Made by a program: the position numbers and the translations under genes. This document shows positions 53,582 to 63,875 of a stretch of DNA of 64,000 bases, piece after piece (the first letter of the stretch is position 1; each line of letters starts with the position of its first letter). The notes under the pieces were generated by a model. The model saw nothing but the letters and a program-made list of their open reading frames with translations. It did no database searches and was not told where the DNA came from. The stretch covers positions 1 to 64,000 of the forward strand of contig CBFIJD010000011.1 in the NCBI GenBank assembly GCA_965662845.1, written 5' to 3'. Source of the stretch: an uncultured bacterium. Lineage in GTDB: Bacteria; SAR324; NAC60-12.

Positions 53582-54931
53582 TTAGAAAGCGAAGCGGAGC
53601 TGAATGACGTCGCGGACGTTGGGCTTGTCGCCGATTTCTTGTCCCATTTCTTCGGTATAGTGGGCGTATTCCAGCGTGAAGAATCGAAAGATCACAAAGG
53701 GATTGAGCTCGAAGCCATAAGTCGGCTTGCTCTGGCTGACTCCAGCGCGCACAGAGATGAAGTTGGACGCAGAGTCAATGGGGAGAAAACCAAGTTCAAC
53801 GCCGTAGTGCAGTCGCTTTTGGAAGCAGCTCGGGTGTCCTTTGTTCTGTCGACAGTACGTGTCGTTAGGGTTGGCGTACCCAACGTCTTTTATGTCAAGA
53901 GCCATGAGCAAGCGTAGGGGGCCCAAACGGGGCTGGGCCGAGACCCCGATGTCATATTCTGGTTGGTGATTGCGTGGGCAGTTGTCGTCTTGCCCGAAGT
54001 TGAGCTCTTGCACGTTGTGGGCGACGGCGCCGAGCGTCATGCGCATGCTTGGAAGCGAAACCAGCCGCTTTTGGACCCCCAGCGAGTAGGAGGTGGTCTC
54101 TTGGTTCGAGGTGTAGCAAGAGAGGAGAGTTTGGGCGTTTTCTAAGATCTCGTCGGTCTCCAAGTCGCTCAGTGCCGTTTCTACTTTAGTGACCGTAGCG
54201 TTGTCGGCAGCACTGAAAGTCGCGAGTATGGCGATCTTCTCCGCGTCTGTGGTGGCGTTGTTATACGCCTCCAATTTTGTTTGGATGTCTTGGAAATTCT
54301 GAAGATCTTCGGCCGTGAGGGCATCGCCTGCGAGGTCAAGAAACGACAAAGTTGTGAAGGGTTGTTCTTTACGCTTGGTGTAATTGAGTTGTGCTCCCAA
54401 GACCCATTTGCCGGCCCCAGGGGCTACAGCGAGACCGTAGCGCGTATTCACATCCTCTCGGACTCCCACGCCAATGCTGCTGTTTGTGATGGTATCAATG
54501 TCTTCGCCGGTGTTGTCGATGGTTGCTTCGAGGTCATAAGTGTTTTCATAGGAGAAGATTCCACCGAATGTGAACAGATCCCCGAAGGGGACAATCGCGC
54601 TGAAGGAAAGGAGCCCACGAATGTGCGTCAGTTGAAGGCTGCTAGAGCCGGCGTTGGATAGGGAGTCTTGATATTCGCTCAACTCGCTAATTGCAGGAAT
54701 CTCGACCAGTGTGCTGAGGCCGAGCATCAGCGAGTCGACGCCACCGAGACCGGCAGGGTTGTAATAGAGCGCGTTTTCGTCTGCGCTCAAGGCAACCCCT
54801 GTGTTCCCCATCCCCAAATTCCGGATCGCTTGTCCGGGTCGCAAGACGCCCGAAAAGTCGGAGTCGTAAGAATTTGCGAGCGCGAGGGTAGAAAAGCCGC
54901 ACAGCAAAAATAGGATCAGCACTAGTCGCAT
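53582..54931 (-). CDS. Outer-membrane beta-barrel of the FadL/TraF/PorV-like superfamily
   Basis: Signal peptide; LGMGNTGVA..ALYYNPAGL hatch motif; C-terminal QLRFAF. Confidence 0.7.
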   Translation of the reverse strand: MRLVLILFLLCGFSTLALANSYDSDFSGVLRPGQAIRNLGMGNTGVALSADENALYYNPAGLGGVDSLMLGLSTLVEIPAISELSEYQDSLSNAGSSSLQLTHIRGLLSFSAIVPFGDLFTFGGIFSYENTYDLEATIDNTGEDIDTITNSSIGVGVREDVNTRYGLAVAPGAGKWVLGAQLNYTKRKEQPFTTLSFLDLAGDALTAEDLQNFQDIQTKLEAYNNATTDAEKIAILATFSAADNATVTKVETALSDLETDEILENAQTLLSCYTSNQETTSYSLGVQKRLVSLPSMRMTLGAVAHNVQELNFGQDDNCPRNHQPEYDIGVSAQPRLGPLRLLMALDIKDVGYANPNDTYCRQNKGHPSCFQKRLHYGVELGFLPIDSASNFISVRAGVSQSKPTYGFELNPFVIFRFFTLEYAHYTEEMGQEIGDKPNVRDVIQLRFAF

Positions 54932-55046
54932 GACATCTTTCCCAAAAGTGAAGAGAAGTTTCCCGCAGAATGCAGTCATTGTGCCCCCTAAATGCCGTGG
55001 AAGGTCGTGAATTAGGAGGCGGAACCGCGTTTCTGCAAATAAGCGG

Positions 55047-55062
55047 CGGAAAGCGGTTTGCA
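55047..55062 (+). promoter_or_regulatory. Candidate sigma54 (-24/-12) promoter upstream of fliG
   Basis: CGGAAAGCGGTTTGCA has GG-N10-GC with TTGCA. Confidence 0.3.
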
Positions 55063-55136
55063 TTTTGCTGGGGATCTCTACATACTGCGCGCATTTGAGC
55101 ACGCTTCACCATTTTTCGCGTCTGCAAGGAGCCTGC

Positions 55137-56144
55137 ATGGGTGTTGGAAAATTAACTGGTCCCAAGAAAGCGGCCATTTTGTTGTTGGCCCTCGGCGAAG
55201 AGGGCGCGGCTGAAGTTATGCAGAATCTCGAAGAAGCCGAGATTCAGCAGGTGGGCTATTATATGACCCGCTTTAATGACATTTCTGCGGAAGAGCTTGA
55301 TACGGTCTTAGAAGAGTTTTACCGCCAGTCCGTCATGAGCGACGGGGGGGTTGACATCAATGCTTCTCCCGATTTCGTTCGCAACGCTCTCGCTAAGGCG
55401 CTCGGCCCTGACAAAGCGAAAGAGATTGGCGAGCAAATGAGCGCTTCGCAGGATGATTCGGGGCTTGATTCTCTCAACTACATCGACCCGATCATGATCT
55501 CGAATTACATTCGCGGGGAGCATCCACAAACGATTGCGCTGATCATCTCCTATCTGAGCAACACCGACCAAGCCGCGACGGTCTTGCGGACGCTCCCAGA
55601 GAATCTTCAAGCGGACGTGGTCTATCGTATGGCGACCCTAGAGAGTATTCCGCCCGGCGTTGTCAACGAATTGAACGACGTCCTCTTCGAGGAAATGAAA
55701 GCCGCAGGTAGCATGGTCACCAAAGTGGGAGGCGTCCAGCCCGTAGCCGAAATTTTGAACGCCATCGACAAAGCTTCCGAGACGCGCATTCTCTCGACCA
55801 TTGAAGAGAGCAATCCTGACTTGGCAGAGCAGATTCGCGAGCTGATGTTTACCTTTGAAGATCTCACGCTCATTGATAGCAAGCAGATGCAGACGATCCT
55901 CAAAGACATCGACAAAGCAGATCTGGCCATGGCCATGAAGACGGCCAGTGATGCGGTCAAAGAGCTGATCTTCAGCTCAATGTCCTCCCGCGCGGCAGAA
56001 ATGCTCCAAGACGACCTTGAGAACATGGGGCCCGTCAAAGTCGCAGACGTCGAAGGCGCTCAGCAAAAAATCATCAAAGTCGTCAAAAAACTCGAAGAAG
56101 AAGGCAAAATCGTGGTCGCCGGTGGTGGCGAAGACATCGTCTGA
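55137..56144 (+). CDS. fliG: Flagellar motor switch protein FliG
   Basis: KKAAILLLALGE, EHPQTIALI, GG linker, MFTFEDL, MSSRAA; AAGGAG RBS. Confidence 0.96.
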   Translation: MGVGKLTGPKKAAILLLALGEEGAAEVMQNLEEAEIQQVGYYMTRFNDISAEELDTVLEEFYRQSVMSDGGVDINASPDFVRNALAKALGPDKAKEIGEQMSASQDDSGLDSLNYIDPIMISNYIRGEHPQTIALIISYLSNTDQAATVLRTLPENLQADVVYRMATLESIPPGVVNELNDVLFEEMKAAGSMVTKVGGVQPVAEILNAIDKASETRILSTIEESNPDLAEQIRELMFTFEDLTLIDSKQMQTILKDIDKADLAMAMKTASDAVKELIFSSMSSRAAEMLQDDLENMGPVKVADVEGAQQKIIKVVKKLEEEGKIVVAGGGEDIV

Positions 56145-56189
56145 ATTCTCCGAACTCTCCCCTCCTCTTTCACTCTCCAATGATTACGC

Positions 56190-57125
56190 ATGGAAGCAAT
56201 CACAACTGTGCAGGACATCATCATGTCCTTGCACCAATTCTGGGATGAGCAGGGGTGCCTGCTGATGAACCCCTATGATGTCGAAACGGGCGCTGGCACC
56301 ATGAACCCTATGACGACTCTTCGCGCCGTTGGGCCAGAAGAGTGGAGCGTCGCCTACGTAGAACCCTCACGCCGACCCGCAGATGGACGCTATGGGGAGA
56401 ACCCGAACCGCCTCTATCAACACCACCAATATCAAGTGCTGCTCAAGCCTTCCCCGCCGCATGTCCAAGAGCTGTATTTGAAATCCCTTTATGCCTTGGG
56501 CATTGACCCGCTGGAGCATGATATCCGCTTTGTCGAAGACAACTGGGAGGCGCCAACGCTCGGCGCTTGGGGACTCGGCTGGGAAGTCTGGCTGGACGGC
56601 ATGGAAGTGACGCAATTTACCTATTTTCAGCAGGTCGGAGGCCTCGAGTGTCAGCCCGTCTCTGCTGAGTTGACGTATGGACTAGAGCGCCTCGCTGCTT
56701 ATTTGCAGAACAAAGAGAATGTCTTTGATCTCGAATTCACCAAAGGGGTGAGCTACGCAGCAATTTTTCAGCAACCGGAGTTCGAGCACTCTAAATACAC
56801 TTTTGAAATTGCCAACACAGAGCAGATGTTTGCGTGGTTCACTCAATATGAGGCAGAAGCAAACCGCGCCTTAGACGCAGCGCTGGTCTTTCCTGCCTTC
56901 GACTACATCCTAAAGTGCTCGCACACGTTTAACCAACTGGACGCCGCGAGCGCGATTAGCGTCACAGCGCGCGCAGGTTACATCGCCCGCGTCCGAACCT
57001 TGGCCCAGCGAGTTTGTCGCATGTTCCTCGAAGAACGCCGCAAACTAGGCTTCCCGCTGATGCAAGACCGCGCCGCCGCTGCGCAGTGGGTAGAGCAGCT
57101 TGCCCCGAAGGAGGAGATCGCATGA
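56190..57125 (+). CDS. glyQ: Glycyl-tRNA synthetase alpha subunit
   Basis: [42 protein letters not shown]. Confidence 0.98.
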   Translation: MEAITTVQDIIMSLHQFWDEQGCLLMNPYDVETGAGTMNPMTTLRAVGPEEWSVAYVEPSRRPADGRYGENPNRLYQHHQYQVLLKPSPPHVQELYLKSLYALGIDPLEHDIRFVEDNWEAPTLGAWGLGWEVWLDGMEVTQFTYFQQVGGLECQPVSAELTYGLERLAAYLQNKENVFDLEFTKGVSYAAIFQQPEFEHSKYTFEIANTEQMFAWFTQYEAEANRALDAALVFPAFDYILKCSHTFNQLDAASAISVTARAGYIARVRTLAQRVCRMFLEERRKLGFPLMQDRAAAAQWVEQLAPKEEIA

Positions 57126-59203
57126 ATACGTTTCTGCTGGAAATCGGCCTCGAAGAAGTCCCCGCGCAGATGGTTCTGCCCTCCTGTGATCAATTGCAAC
57201 AATTTGCTGAGAAGCTCTTAAGCGACCACAAACTGAACGCTCAAATCGCTGTTTTTGGAACGCCGCGCCGCTTTGCTGTTCAGCTGTCAGGAGTGCCTCA
57301 GCAGCAGGCAGATCAAACACTGGAAGTGAAAGGCCCTGCGGCTCAGATGGCTAGAGATGAGCAAGGAAACTGGACTAAAGCCGCGGAAGGGTTCGCACGC
57401 AAGAACGGACTAGCGGCAGAAGCCCTCGAAATTCGTGAATTTGAAGGGCGTGAATATCTCTTTGCTCGCAAACAGATCCCAGGGCGGCCTGTTCCAGACA
57501 TTTTGACCGAGGCTCTGCCTGACTGGGTGCTGGGTCTACGGTTTCCAAAGAGCATGCGTTGGGGCAGCCATAAACTGCGCTTTGTGCGGCCCATTCGGTG
57601 GCTGCTGGCGCTTTGGAATGATCAACCACTCTCTTTTGAATTAGAAATGCTCCAGTCAGGCAGAGAGACGTGGGGACACCGCTTTCTGCATCCAGAACCT
57701 GTGCGAGTAGCCCACGCGAAAGAGTATGTGTCTACCCTAGAGCAGAGGAACGTGATCGCGTCTTTTGCGGAGCGCAAACAACGCATTCTTGAGCAAATTC
57801 AGGCGATTGAGGTGGAGCGGGACTTCAAAGTGGATGTGGAGCCGGAGCTGCTCGTCGAAGTGACCAACTTGGTGGAATGGCCCACGGCGCTGGTCGGAAA
57901 CTTTGAGGAAGAGTTTTTAGCGCTCCCCAGCGAAGTGCTGGTGACGTCTATGGCCGTGCACCAACGCTATTTCCCCGTGTATACGAAAGGGGACACGCGC
58001 AAACTGTTGCCGCACTTTGTGACGGTGCGCAACGGGGATCGTCATGCCTTAGAGACCGTGCAGCGCGGCAACGAAAGAGTGATTCGAGCCCGCCTCAGCG
58101 ATGCCCGCTTCTTCTACCAAGAAGACCAAAAAGCGACCTTCGCGCACTTCCACACCAAAGCGGCCCAAGTCTTATTTTTTCCAGAGCGAGGCACGTTGGG
58201 ACAACGCGTGGAGCGCATTGGAGCCCTGGCTCGTTCGATTGCCCAAAAGCTGGACCTTTCCGACAGGGAACTGGCGACGACATCGCGAATTGCAGAGCTC
58301 TGTAAGTTCGATTTGCAGACCCAAATGGTCTACGAGTTCCCAGAGTTGCAGGGAGTGATGGGGGAACGCTACGCGGGCCTCAAAGGCGAGGCTGAAGAGG
58401 TCTGTCGAGGGATTCGTGAACACTACCTGCCACGAACGGCGGAGGACGGGTTGCCCGAACACCGCAGCACCCTCCCAGTGGCCTTGGCCGACAAGCTGGA
58501 CACCGTGGCGACCGCTTTCTCACTGAACATGATCCCCACTGGGGCCGCAGACCCTTATGCTCTACGGCGCATGGCGCAGGGATTTATGCAGCTGCTCCTT
58601 GGCGCAGAGTTGCCTCTGTCGCTAAGCGAAATCACAGGCGAAGCCGTGCGTGTGCTTGTCGCGCAACAGGCCTTGGATATTGATCAAGTGAAACTGTCGC
58701 AAAATATTTTGGAGTTTTTAGGGCAACGGCAGAAGTTCCTAATGCAAGAGCAAGAGGGGCTGCGCTACGACCTGGTCAATGCGCTTAGTGGCGGCCAACT
58801 GGCGCCAAGCGAGCAGCTGCGCCTCGCGAGGGAGCTGGCGCCCCAGCTAGAGAGCGTGCCCTTCAAAGCTGGTGTGGAAGCCGTCGTGCGGGCCTTGAAC
58901 TTATGGCACAAAAACATCTCAACGCATGCCGAGGGAACACTGGTCGAGGAGTCTTTAGAAGAGGCCGCCGAACAGTCGCTGTGGCACGCCATTCACAAGC
59001 TGCCAGAAGACACGGTTGCCATCGAAAAATTCCTTGATGAACTCTCACGCTTGGAGCCGATCATCACACGCTTTTTCAATGAAGTGATGGTGATGGACGC
59101 AGACCCCGTGAAGCAACAAAACCGCTTGTTTCTCTGCCGTGTCATCAGCGAGTGGTCGCTTCGTTATTTAGACCTGAGAGCGTTAGTTTTTACACGCGGC
59201 TAA
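57122..59203 (+). CDS. glyS: Glycyl-tRNA synthetase beta subunit
   Basis: [47 protein letters not shown] overlap with glyQ. Confidence 0.97.
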   Translation: MNTFLLEIGLEEVPAQMVLPSCDQLQQFAEKLLSDHKLNAQIAVFGTPRRFAVQLSGVPQQQADQTLEVKGPAAQMARDEQGNWTKAAEGFARKNGLAAEALEIREFEGREYLFARKQIPGRPVPDILTEALPDWVLGLRFPKSMRWGSHKLRFVRPIRWLLALWNDQPLSFELEMLQSGRETWGHRFLHPEPVRVAHAKEYVSTLEQRNVIASFAERKQRILEQIQAIEVERDFKVDVEPELLVEVTNLVEWPTALVGNFEEEFLALPSEVLVTSMAVHQRYFPVYTKGDTRKLLPHFVTVRNGDRHALETVQRGNERVIRARLSDARFFYQEDQKATFAHFHTKAAQVLFFPERGTLGQRVERIGALARSIAQKLDLSDRELATTSRIAELCKFDLQTQMVYEFPELQGVMGERYAGLKGEAEEVCRGIREHYLPRTAEDGLPEHRSTLPVALADKLDTVATAFSLNMIPTGAADPYALRRMAQGFMQLLLGAELPLSLSEITGEAVRVLVAQQALDIDQVKLSQNILEFLGQRQKFLMQEQEGLRYDLVNALSGGQLAPSEQLRLARELAPQLESVPFKAGVEAVVRALNLWHKNISTHAEGTLVEESLEEAAEQSLWHAIHKLPEDTVAIEKFLDELSRLEPIITRFFNEVMVMDADPVKQQNRLFLCRVISEWSLRYLDLRALVFTRG

Positions 59204-59206
59204 GTC

Positions 59207-60076
59207 TCAAATACTCACCCAATCTTCCTTGGTCGTTGGACTCGCCACGTCTGACAGAGGAACCGCCTGCGCTTCGGTGATTGAGGGTTTCTGTGCAATC
59301 GCTAACTCCTCCACCACCGACAGTCCAAACTCTTGAGCAAGTTGATGCGCATCTTCTAAGTTGGCAGCAACATCTGCGGGATGGTGCGCGTCTGAGTTGC
59401 AGATGACCCGGATCTTGTATTCGGCGGCGATCTCCCAAAAGGGTCTCCAAGGATACGGCGGACGGCGGCCAACGCTGGTGTGGCGCGGTCGCTTACGAAA
59501 GCCATAGCCGTTGATTTCGAGGGGAACCTGAGTCGCCTCAGCCACTTGAAGGATGTCGTGAGCGCAGGCGCTCAAATCATCGTTCCAGTCGTCGTTGCAA
59601 CATCCAAATAAGTCAGGATGCGCAATAAACGCGAAGAGCCCAGCATACATCATGGTCTCAAGATGACGTGCATAGGCCCTTAATTTTGCAGCGGAGTTCA
59701 ACTCTTCAAAAGAGTTGATCCATTCTCCTCGAAATGGCGTGTAGTGCCCTGCGCCAATCAAATAGTCAAAAGCTCGCCGCTCCAGTAGCTCCTCTTGTAG
59801 AAAACTCTGAAACTCCAGCGCGTATTCGCACTCTAAGCCTTTGAAAATTTGTAGCTGTGGAAAGCGCGCGCGCGCCGTCGCAATCGCCGCCTCATATTCG
59901 GGCAGTTCAAGGTAAGCCATTCGCACGTTGAGCCAGCGGTCATTCGGGAGCGGTGTGTGATCTGACATTCCCAAGGTAATGAGTCCGGCCTCCACTGCAG
60001 CCTGCGCATAGTCAGAGACATCGCCTGTGGCGTGTTTACAACGGAAGGTGTGGGTGTGGTAGTTGCGGTGTCGCAT
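59207..60076 (-). CDS. PHP-family phosphatase (HisJ/HisK histidinol-phosphatase-like)
   Basis: NYHTHT, SDHTP, GLECE, AHPDL, LEIN, SDAH. Confidence 0.85.
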   Translation of the reverse strand: MRHRNYHTHTFRCKHATGDVSDYAQAAVEAGLITLGMSDHTPLPNDRWLNVRMAYLELPEYEAAIATARARFPQLQIFKGLECEYALEFQSFLQEELLERRAFDYLIGAGHYTPFRGEWINSFEELNSAAKLRAYARHLETMMYAGLFAFIAHPDLFGCCNDDWNDDLSACAHDILQVAEATQVPLEINGYGFRKRPRHTSVGRRPPYPWRPFWEIAAEYKIRVICNSDAHHPADVAANLEDAHQLAQEFGLSVVEELAIAQKPSITEAQAVPLSDVASPTTKEDWVSI

Positions 60077-60270
60077 CTTCCTCCATGTTGTGGGGCAAAA
60101 CGTCTTGTTTTGCCAAGTGTGAGGGGGGGCACTGTGAGGATGCAAGCATGAGGAAAAGAGCCCCAAATTCCGAACAAAAAGTTCGCTGCGAGGGCACGGG
60201 AGCGATTTATCGCTAAGCAGAACAGTAGCTTGGGGAGCAACGCGGAATTTTGCGTCACGCGGACGCAGCA

Positions 60271-62709
60271 TCAGCGCGGTGCAGATTGCTCGATACCTAA
60301 CTTACGAGAGATTTGGCTGAGTGCGGGCAGCGCGATTTTGCGCACGTCTTCTTCCCTGCGTCCTACTGCGGCGGCGACTTTCTTCAGATTTCCTAGCTCA
60401 GCGAGCTTCAAAAGCACCTCTCGCGTTGGGCTTTGAAAGTGGCGCGCTTCCTCACGGACCAAGTCCCAAGTGAGCTTGTTGGGTTTCTCGCCATTGGTGG
60501 CAGGTTGTGACGGAGGAAGGGGCGCTTTAAGCTCGTTGTTGACAGGCGCCTGGGGTGCGGGTTCCGCCTTGGGTTCCGCTGGCGCAGGTTCAGGCTCGAT
60601 GGGAGAGGGTTGGGTCAAAGACTCGGTTGGCACGTCGACAGGTTCAAAGGCGGTGGCCTCTGACGTGGCGTCAGCGCGCGCGCGGAGCACTTGCTTCGCG
60701 GTGCTCTCGGGGTCTTGCTCTAAGTGCGCTCGTTGTCCATCTGTCAAAGCTTGGTGCTGGATGTTCGCGAGAGATTTTGTGTTGAGCGTTTTGCCCCAGG
60801 GGCCCTCTTCTGGGTTCGCATTTTCCAGGGCATCCAGTGGGTTGATCTCCAAAAGGCGGCGATTTTCTTGCTGGAGCCACTCGTTTTGTTGCTGAAACTT
60901 GAGCAACATGTGGGTGTATCTCTCGGCAGTTTGACGAAGCTCATGCTCTTTGCTGTCCAGACGCTGCAGGGCGCTCCCTTCTCGTTCCTCAATTTTGTGA
61001 AGGTGCTGCTCCAGCAAATCCACTTTTGCCTTCAGCTTGCCTTCTTCAATGACCAAGTCATAGCGCTCTCGTTGAGCGGCTTCGAGGCGTTCTTTCAGGC
61101 GTTCAATTTCGTGCTCTAAGTCTGCTTCTCGTCGCACCAGCCGATCTTCTCGTTCTTGGCTGCGTTGCAACTGATCTTCTAGGGATTCGAGTTGTGCTTG
61201 CAGCTGTTGGACTGCCCGTTGATCTGAGTCAACGCCAAAGCTCATATCCTGCAGTTGGCTCTGCAACGAAGAGATTTCCTCGCGGAGGTGGTGCTCCAAC
61301 TTCTTAGCTTGTTGCCGAACGGAGTGCATTTGCTGTCGTTCTTGTTCGTGCCTCTCGTTGCGAGACTGAATGGAGGCTTCGAGGGTGAGGATGCGCTTCT
61401 CAGAGTCTTGTAGCTGTTGTTTCAGGTCGTGCTCGCGGCGGCGCAGCTCACGAATTTCCATTTCTGCGGACTGGGAGCGCTGTCGTGTCTCTTCGAGGCG
61501 CTCTTGCTGTGTTTCGAAGCGCTGCTGCCAGTGTTGACACTCTTGTTCGAGCGCCAGACGTGTGGTGTCCAGCTCCTGCTGCGTTTGTCGGCTTGCTTCC
61601 AGCGACCGCTGCAGCGTCGCAACTTGCTGAGCGGCTTCAGAGTGTTGCTGTTGCCAGCGTTGCAGCTCATCTTGTAGGCCAGAGTGCGTCTGGTGTGTGC
61701 TTTGGTGTAAGGTTTGGGCGGCTTCGAGTTGCTGCTGTAATTCAGCGATGCGGACTTCGGCTTGTTGTTGGGCCTCGTTGGCAGAGATGAGGTCTTCGCA
61801 CAGGCGGTCAATCTCTTGGTTGAGCTCAGCCGTTTGTTGTTGAGTTTGTTGTTGCAAGCGATCCAGTTCCTTCTGCCATTGTGAGCGCTCTTCTTTGTGT
61901 TTTGCTGTTTGCTGGTCCCAGCGCTCGGCTCGAACGTTCCACTCGGCTTGCTCTTTTTGCCACTGTTCTTTCTCGGCTCGCCACTGCTTCTGATCTTGAG
62001 AGTGTTCTTCAAGTTGGCGGCGGAGTTCATTCTTGCGGAGCTGCAGCTTTTGCTGTTCGCTCTCCAGTTCTTGAATGTGCGCTTGCAAGGTCTCATTCTC
62101 TTGCCGCAACAGAGAGTCCTCCGCTGTTGTTTGTTGCTGTCGCGCCTGTTCGGCCTGTTGTTGCCAATGCGCGAGGGCCTGTTGCCATTCCCCTTCTTTT
62201 TGTTGCAGCTCTTGTCGCAGGCTGGCCTCTTTGTGCGCAAACTCTTGTCGGGTCTCCTGCAGTTGATGCCGCAGCATCTCCGCTTGGGTACGCAGTTCGG
62301 TTTCACGCGTCAGCGCCTCTTGCTTCTGCGCTTGTGCTTGTTTGAGGTCGTGTTGCAGGCGCAGCTCTCGCTCTTCCGCTTTTTGCAGTTGCGCCTCTGC
62401 TAACTCTAAACGGGCGCGCAGGGTCTCGTCGGAGTTGCTCGTGTTCGAACGGGTGCGTTTGGCCCCCGAGCGCTGCTGAAACATCAACAGGCCTTCCTTT
62501 TCCCACTGGCGCATCCAGCGTCGAATCGTGTCTTTGCTGTAGTTGCAATATCCTGTGAGCTGCTCTGCAGAGAGCTTTTGCTCCGCGCTCAGGCGAAGGA
62601 TGTGTGCTTGTTGTCTCTGTCTGTCAGGAGTTGCCTCGCCACGTTCCAGAATGTTGAGTTCGCCTAATTCTTCGATAGTGAGGGGCGGCAGGAATTTCTG
62701 ACGGTTCAT
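60271..62709 (-). CDS. HTH / very long coiled-coil / HTH protein of unknown function
   Basis: N-terminal AHILRLS..AEQL..YSKDTIRRWMRQWEKEGL; about 530 aa rich in Q/E/R/L with heptad character; Pro-rich linker; C-terminal LKKVAAAVGRREEDVRKI. Confidence 0.7.
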   Translation of the reverse strand: MNRQKFLPPLTIEELGELNILERGEATPDRQRQQAHILRLSAEQKLSAEQLTGYCNYSKDTIRRWMRQWEKEGLLMFQQRSGAKRTRSNTSNSDETLRARLELAEAQLQKAEERELRLQHDLKQAQAQKQEALTRETELRTQAEMLRHQLQETRQEFAHKEASLRQELQQKEGEWQQALAHWQQQAEQARQQQTTAEDSLLRQENETLQAHIQELESEQQKLQLRKNELRRQLEEHSQDQKQWRAEKEQWQKEQAEWNVRAERWDQQTAKHKEERSQWQKELDRLQQQTQQQTAELNQEIDRLCEDLISANEAQQQAEVRIAELQQQLEAAQTLHQSTHQTHSGLQDELQRWQQQHSEAAQQVATLQRSLEASRQTQQELDTTRLALEQECQHWQQRFETQQERLEETRQRSQSAEMEIRELRRREHDLKQQLQDSEKRILTLEASIQSRNERHEQERQQMHSVRQQAKKLEHHLREEISSLQSQLQDMSFGVDSDQRAVQQLQAQLESLEDQLQRSQEREDRLVRREADLEHEIERLKERLEAAQRERYDLVIEEGKLKAKVDLLEQHLHKIEEREGSALQRLDSKEHELRQTAERYTHMLLKFQQQNEWLQQENRRLLEINPLDALENANPEEGPWGKTLNTKSLANIQHQALTDGQRAHLEQDPESTAKQVLRARADATSEATAFEPVDVPTESLTQPSPIEPEPAPAEPKAEPAPQAPVNNELKAPLPPSQPATNGEKPNKLTWDLVREEARHFQSPTREVLLKLAELGNLKKVAAAVGRREEDVRKIALPALSQISRKLGIEQSAPR

Positions 62710-62842
62710 GCGGTTCCGGTGGAGGTAAGGAGAACAAGCGTCGGCGAAGGAGCGACGGCCATGAGCCACAAAGGAATACAGGTCGTGCGCAAATGTGACA
62801 AGAATGAAAAATTAAGCCCTCGCTGTGAGGGCTCAGAGCGGG

Positions 62843-63604
62843 CTAGGCGGCTGCCACGAGAGGAGAGGTGGTGACGATCGCGTCCCAGAGTTTGATTCGC
62901 GCTTGCAGGGCTTCTCGGGCGGTTTCTTCGGCTTCTTGCCACTTTTGTTGGTCATCGCCACAGATGCTTTGCATCAAGCGTTGGGCGGCGGGGCCGTGTT
63001 TCTCTTCATCCAGATGAAGGTGTTCTTCTAAATAGAAGCGGAAAGTGCTCCAGCGCTCGGGTTGTTGGGAGTCTAGTTGCGCGACTAACCGTCGGAACAT
63101 GTCAGGGATGATGTCTTCGCGCCCATAAAAGAACGCGGCTATCACGCGATGAAGAGAGCCTTCCTCAATAATCGCAAAGGTGGTGTGCAAGAACTCCTGA
63201 ATGTGTGATGGCAGGCTGGCCTTGGCCATTGCGAGGGAGAGCGCATCTCCGTCTTGAATGTGTTGCAACAAGTGTCGAATGGGCTGAGTTCCGACGCCGC
63301 TCTGTTCCATCGCGTCCAGATAGAGCTCAAAATGAGAGGCGTGGCCGCCGTCTGGATGTGGCCCACTCTCTTCGTCTAAGACAATTTCGTTGATCAAACG
63401 GCGCGCTTCACGGCTCGTCGTGGGGAGCCAAGGGGTGGTGACACAAGTCAGCTCACGCTGAAGGGCTTTGAGGAGCGATTGAAAATCCCAAACCGCAAAA
63501 ATATGCGAGGCCATGAAGTGGCGCAGTGCGGTCTCATTTTGCAGAGAGTGGTAAAGCTGGCGTTGCAGCAAGGCGTCGCGCAAGTCCTGAACATCGATGG
63601 TCAT
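62843..63604 (-). CDS. DUF3050 family (heme-oxygenase-like fold) protein
   Basis: FMASHIFAVWDFQSLLKALQ, RRLINEIVLDEES, SHFELYL, GREDIIPDMF, HLHLDEEKHGP. Confidence 0.85.
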   Translation of the reverse strand: MTIDVQDLRDALLQRQLYHSLQNETALRHFMASHIFAVWDFQSLLKALQRELTCVTTPWLPTTSREARRLINEIVLDEESGPHPDGGHASHFELYLDAMEQSGVGTQPIRHLLQHIQDGDALSLAMAKASLPSHIQEFLHTTFAIIEEGSLHRVIAAFFYGREDIIPDMFRRLVAQLDSQQPERWSTFRFYLEEHLHLDEEKHGPAAQRLMQSICGDDQQKWQEAEETAREALQARIKLWDAIVTTSPLVAAA

Positions 63605-63875
63605 GAAAGAAGCTCCAGATGGGGAAAAATTGAAAAAAACAGATTCATTTTAGCGGCGAACCGAAACAGGGGACAAGAGTTTTGCTGGCGAGGATGGGCG
63701 CGCGTTGGGTACACAGGGGCAGAGCTGCGAGGCTAGACCGGCCACTTTTGTCGTCCTGAACCGAAATTTGTGTTGAGTCTTCTACGGACTCTGCTATTTT
63801 CTCGCTCTTTTTTCTGCTGGGTCAATCCCGCTCGCGCTCCCGCCTCACCGCTGACCAACCCCAACCACGCGAACT

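Noticed and set aside
61422..62403. Long alternative-frame and antisense ORFs over the coiled-coil gene
   Set aside because: Shadow ORFs caused by biased Q/E/L codon content; no protein-like motifs.
62460..62709. IS630-like transposase start
   Set aside because: Only an HTH-like segment is present, in frame with a coiled coil; no DDE domain or terminal inverted repeats seen.
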